Assembly (NCBI RefSeq): GCF_009834535.1
Contig: NC_045705.1
Span: 62,992,001-63,056,000 of the forward strand
Origin: Camelus ferus
Lineage: Eukaryota
Reading direction: 5' to 3'
Length of the DNA stretch: 64,000 bases
Positions 60,871 to 64,000 of this stretch are shown here, piece after piece. The first letter of the stretch is position 1. Each line of letters opens with the position of its first letter. The notes under the pieces were generated by a model. The model did no database searches. It saw nothing but the letters and a program-made list of their open reading frames with translations, and was not told where the DNA came from. The translations under genes were made by a program, and so were the position numbers.

Positions 60871-62059
60871 TTTTTTATCTCTGTATTACCCACATTTAGT
60901 GCAACTTGGTACCTATCGGGCAACAGTGAAAGCTGATGAATCAATGAACAGGCACAGCTGGGTGGACAGCAGGCTGGACTCCTTTTCCAGTGCTCCCTTT
61001 ACTTCACCCAGCTTTTAATTGGGCTGGGGACTGGTTGGTGAGTGGGGATCTCCCCCAGGATGGTTAGGGGGCATGGGGTGTAATGGAAGCTGCCGTGGTT
61101 TGGGTGGCAGGATCTCAAGTTCAAGTCCTGGCTCTGCCACATCCAGCTGCATATCCCAAGGCCAGCTGCTCTCCAAACTCTTTGAGACTCAATTTACTCC
61201 CAGGTTAAAGCAGGATCCTGCAGGACAGAGAGCTGGGGAGCGGCAGGGCAGCCAGAGCCGAGGTCTCCCCTCTGTCCTCTGCTGCCTACAAAAATGCTCT
61301 TTCTTCTCGGAGGGAAATCTGAGCTTTGCTGAGCTGGCACATTCTGGGGTCCAGACAGCTATGTCCCCTCGCCCCTCCCCAGCCCAGAACGAAGGCCTGT
61401 GCCTCCAAAATTCAAGGACAGGATGGGGCCTTCCTGGGGGAGCAGTGTGCCCTGGGCTGGACTCATAGCCTGGGCCCGGAGGGCTCCAGGGCCAGATATA
61501 CCAAGGTGTCTCCTGATGGAGGAAGGAAGGCAGAGCCCTGTGGCCTGGTGTAGGGGAAAGATAAAGGACGCGGAGGCAGAGACCAGGGATCGCATCCCAG
61601 CTCTGGTCACTTAGTCATGCGGAGCCTCAGTTTCTTTGGAATGGGAATCAGAATTCCTGCATCTCGGGGCTGTGCTGAAGCTCCAAAGGGGGTCCCTGGA
61701 GGGAAAAGGCCCTCTGGAAATTGTAAGGGCTTGTGCTCCAGGTGGCTGCTTTTTTCGACCTTGGTTTTCGTGTTTAAAAATGAGAGCCAGGAGCTGGAAG
61801 GATGCTTCTCCCAGGAAGTCCTCTGCACAGCTGGTAAGAAATGATCACCCGAAGTCAGCATCATTCAGGAGATGTTCTGCGGCTTCTGGCGTGATGCATC
61901 GTGAAGGGCCACCACCACCCGCCATACATCCTCGTCCAAAATGCCTCATAACGGGATTTTTCTGGCAATACAGGAGACAGAGGACTGAACTTAACAAGGC
62001 AAGAGGGAAATAAGGAGACAAATCCTCAAGCTGGAGCATTCTGCAAGACACACAGTCTA

Positions 62060-62480
62060 GTCTTCACAAGTCATGGTCATAAAAAAGGGACCTGCCCAAA
62101 CAAAAGAGACCCAAGTGCAGCCAACCAGAGGGTCCTGCTGGCACCTTAGTTTACACAAATCAACTTAAAGGACATCTGGGGCACAATGAGGGAGTTTGAA
62201 TTGGTGCTGGGCACTAGGTAAGATAAAAATGTATTGACGGATAGGCTAAGATTATTAGCTGGAAAAAAAAAAAGCAGATGACAATGCAACAAAGACATTG
62301 CGATCTTGTTTTGATTTTAAAAATTGTATACGCATAAAAAGAGATCTGGGGAGACAGATAATAAGGTATTTACAGTGATACTCCCCAGATGATAGGAATT
62401 AAGTGGTTTTGTTTTCTTATTTTTGCTTATCTATGTGTTCCAACTTTGTACGTAGCTTTGGTGATAATCAAAGGTTATGT
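62060..62480 (+). mobile_element. Old L1 (L1MC/ME-like) 3' fragment
   Basis: AT-rich; gagatctggggagacagataataaggtatttacagtg...ttttcttatttttgcttatc. Confidence 0.55.
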
Positions 62481-63529
62481 TAAATTAGAGAAGTTCTCTG
62501 CAGTCCCTAACTCTGATGGTCCCTCTCTGGCCCTAGTCTCCTCTCCCAGCTCCTGCCTCATCAGGGACCTGCCATCAACACCGACCTGGCACTGATGGGT
62601 TGAGGTCTGGGTCACGGCCTCCTTACCACTGTTTCCTCATGGAGAAGTGTCTGTTGAATTATAGTGACAGTCCACTCTTTCTCATAAATCTCACTCCATC
62701 CTCCTCCAGCCGGCCCAGCCCCTTCAGTTTTGGAAGCCTTTATTGCAGTCCCTACATGGGCCAGGGACTGGGTGGTTTTGGTGGGTGAATGTCAAGTTCA
62801 GGGGTGGGAGAGTAGGAAGCCGCCTTGGTCACCAATCTGAAGTCACAGCCGGAGGGAAACGCTGTGCCCTCTGTCTGTGTGGCTGTTGTGTGGCTCTCTC
62901 AGTGGGTTCCAGGCTGGGATGGGAAAGAGGAGTGTTCTTTACTGGATTCTCTAAAATCCAACATCTTTCTCTCCTCCCCCTAATGGCCATTACTCCCATG
63001 CTCAACTCCAGGCCCACCTTCTAGAGGTGGCACTTCAGGAGTGAGTTTCTACTGAAGAGGAGACTAGGATGTCCCCGGGAAAGTGGGGGTGGGGAGGTGA
63101 TGGAGTGGGTCAGGCATCCAGACAGAGGAAGCAGCATGGGCACAGGCACTGAGGCTGGGTGGCAAAACGGGGGGAGGAGTGAGCAGAGATGTGACAGTGC
63201 CCTGAGCACGGGTTCCATGGGTGCCCCGAGGGCCAGGCTGAGGGCCTCTGACTTGAACCATGGGGAATATGGGGCACAGGAGGGTTTTAAGTCCAGATGT
63301 GGCAGAGTCACCTTTGTACATTGCGGACCATCTCTTGGGGCCACTCTGTGAGGACAGATCAAAGAGGAAGCAGCCCAGGAGCCAGGAGACCAGGAACGTT
63401 CACACAGGAGAGGGAACAGGGCAGCACCCACACTCAAGTGAGCTGAGAACTTTTTTCAGAAACAAAATCACTCCCAGGTGGTGAGAACTCAGGAATGGGT
63501 TCTTAAATTGTGCAAAGGTGGCCCTTGGA

Positions 63530-64000
63530 GCAGTGGCTGGCAATCCCATCAGACCCAAGTTCCCTGTGGATGACAAATATTTTGTAACTCCCTGGTCACC
63601 AAGCTGAAATGAAATTCATCAGGAATCACACATGTACCCTCACACATGCTTTAAAAAAAATCAGTTTAATATCCTAACCATAATATGAAGCAGAAATCAA
63701 AGGAAAGTAATTTATAGCAAAATAATTTCAGGATGAAAATGTACAAGCCGACTGCATTTAATTTAAAATAACCTTCGACAGGAGACAGGATGATGTGGCC
63801 CTGACACTTGCTCCTAGAAGTGGGGCCACCTGGAACACGGCAGCCACAGAGGCAGACGGATCCAGGTGGTCCTGATGGTGACTCAGACACTGCGAGCGAT
63901 GCTGTGCCTGGTGACGTGAAATGGGCAACAAGATTTGGCAGAATTCCGAACAAAACAAAGGACAATCTTCTCTTTCCGTGTACATAATAGTCACATTCCC
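63530..64000. mobile_element. Probable hAT-Charlie DNA transposon fragment (runs off the window)
   Basis: Starts cagtggctggcaatcccatcagaccc (CAGTGG terminus), followed by an AT-rich body. Family not resolved. Confidence 0.4.

Noticed and set aside
16321-63886. About 14 AP-1 sites (TGASTCA), including a pair at 38756 and 38800
   Set aside because: About 8 are expected by chance in 64 kb, so the excess is modest and the sites are dispersed.
1-64000. REST/NRSE site expected near a neuronal gene
   Set aside because: Only isolated half-sites seen (e.g. GGCGCTGTCC near 8358); no correctly spaced TCAGCACC-nn-GGACAG pair found by eye. A PWM scan could overturn this.
14000-64000. Exons of a neighbouring gene (DAGLA by human synteny, from memory), processed pseudogenes, CRISPR-like arrays
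   Set aside because: No recognisable coding exon, retrocopy or regularly spaced repeat-spacer array was seen; the tandem repeats are simple microsatellites or minisatellites.

Overview
Mammalian genomic DNA, most likely from a camelid (alpaca, llama or camel), judged from one complete vic-1-type tRNA-derived SINE at 55056-55191. The only protein-coding sequence I can support is the first coding exon of synaptotagmin-7 (SYT7) on the minus strand, 13028 to 12998. It is 31 nt long, encodes MYRDPEAASP(G) and ends in a consensus CAG|GTAAG donor. It lies in a CpG island broken by two assembly gaps. Positions 1-12997 are SYT7 intron 1; exon 2 is not in the window. The ~50 kb to the right is upstream/intergenic DNA. 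It holds a second CpG island (~19.0-19.6 kb), many ancient MIR/L2/L3 relics, several L1, MaLR/ERVL LTR and hAT fragments, and microsatellites. Almost all ORFs in the supplied track are chance ORFs in GC-rich or repeat DNA. I found no CRISPR array, RNA gene or convincing new biological system. The best leads are regulatory or structural hypotheses: a second promoter-like CpG island, a correctly spaced divergent TATA/Inr unit, a six-E-box cluster, a perfect CLEAR palindrome, candidate upstream exons, a CCG repeat hidden by the gaps, and an ~88% identical inverted repeat pair bracketing ~3 kb. Repeat family names come from my recall of consensus sequences, not a RepeatMasker run, and repeat boundaries are approximate unless a target-site duplication (TSD) is given.
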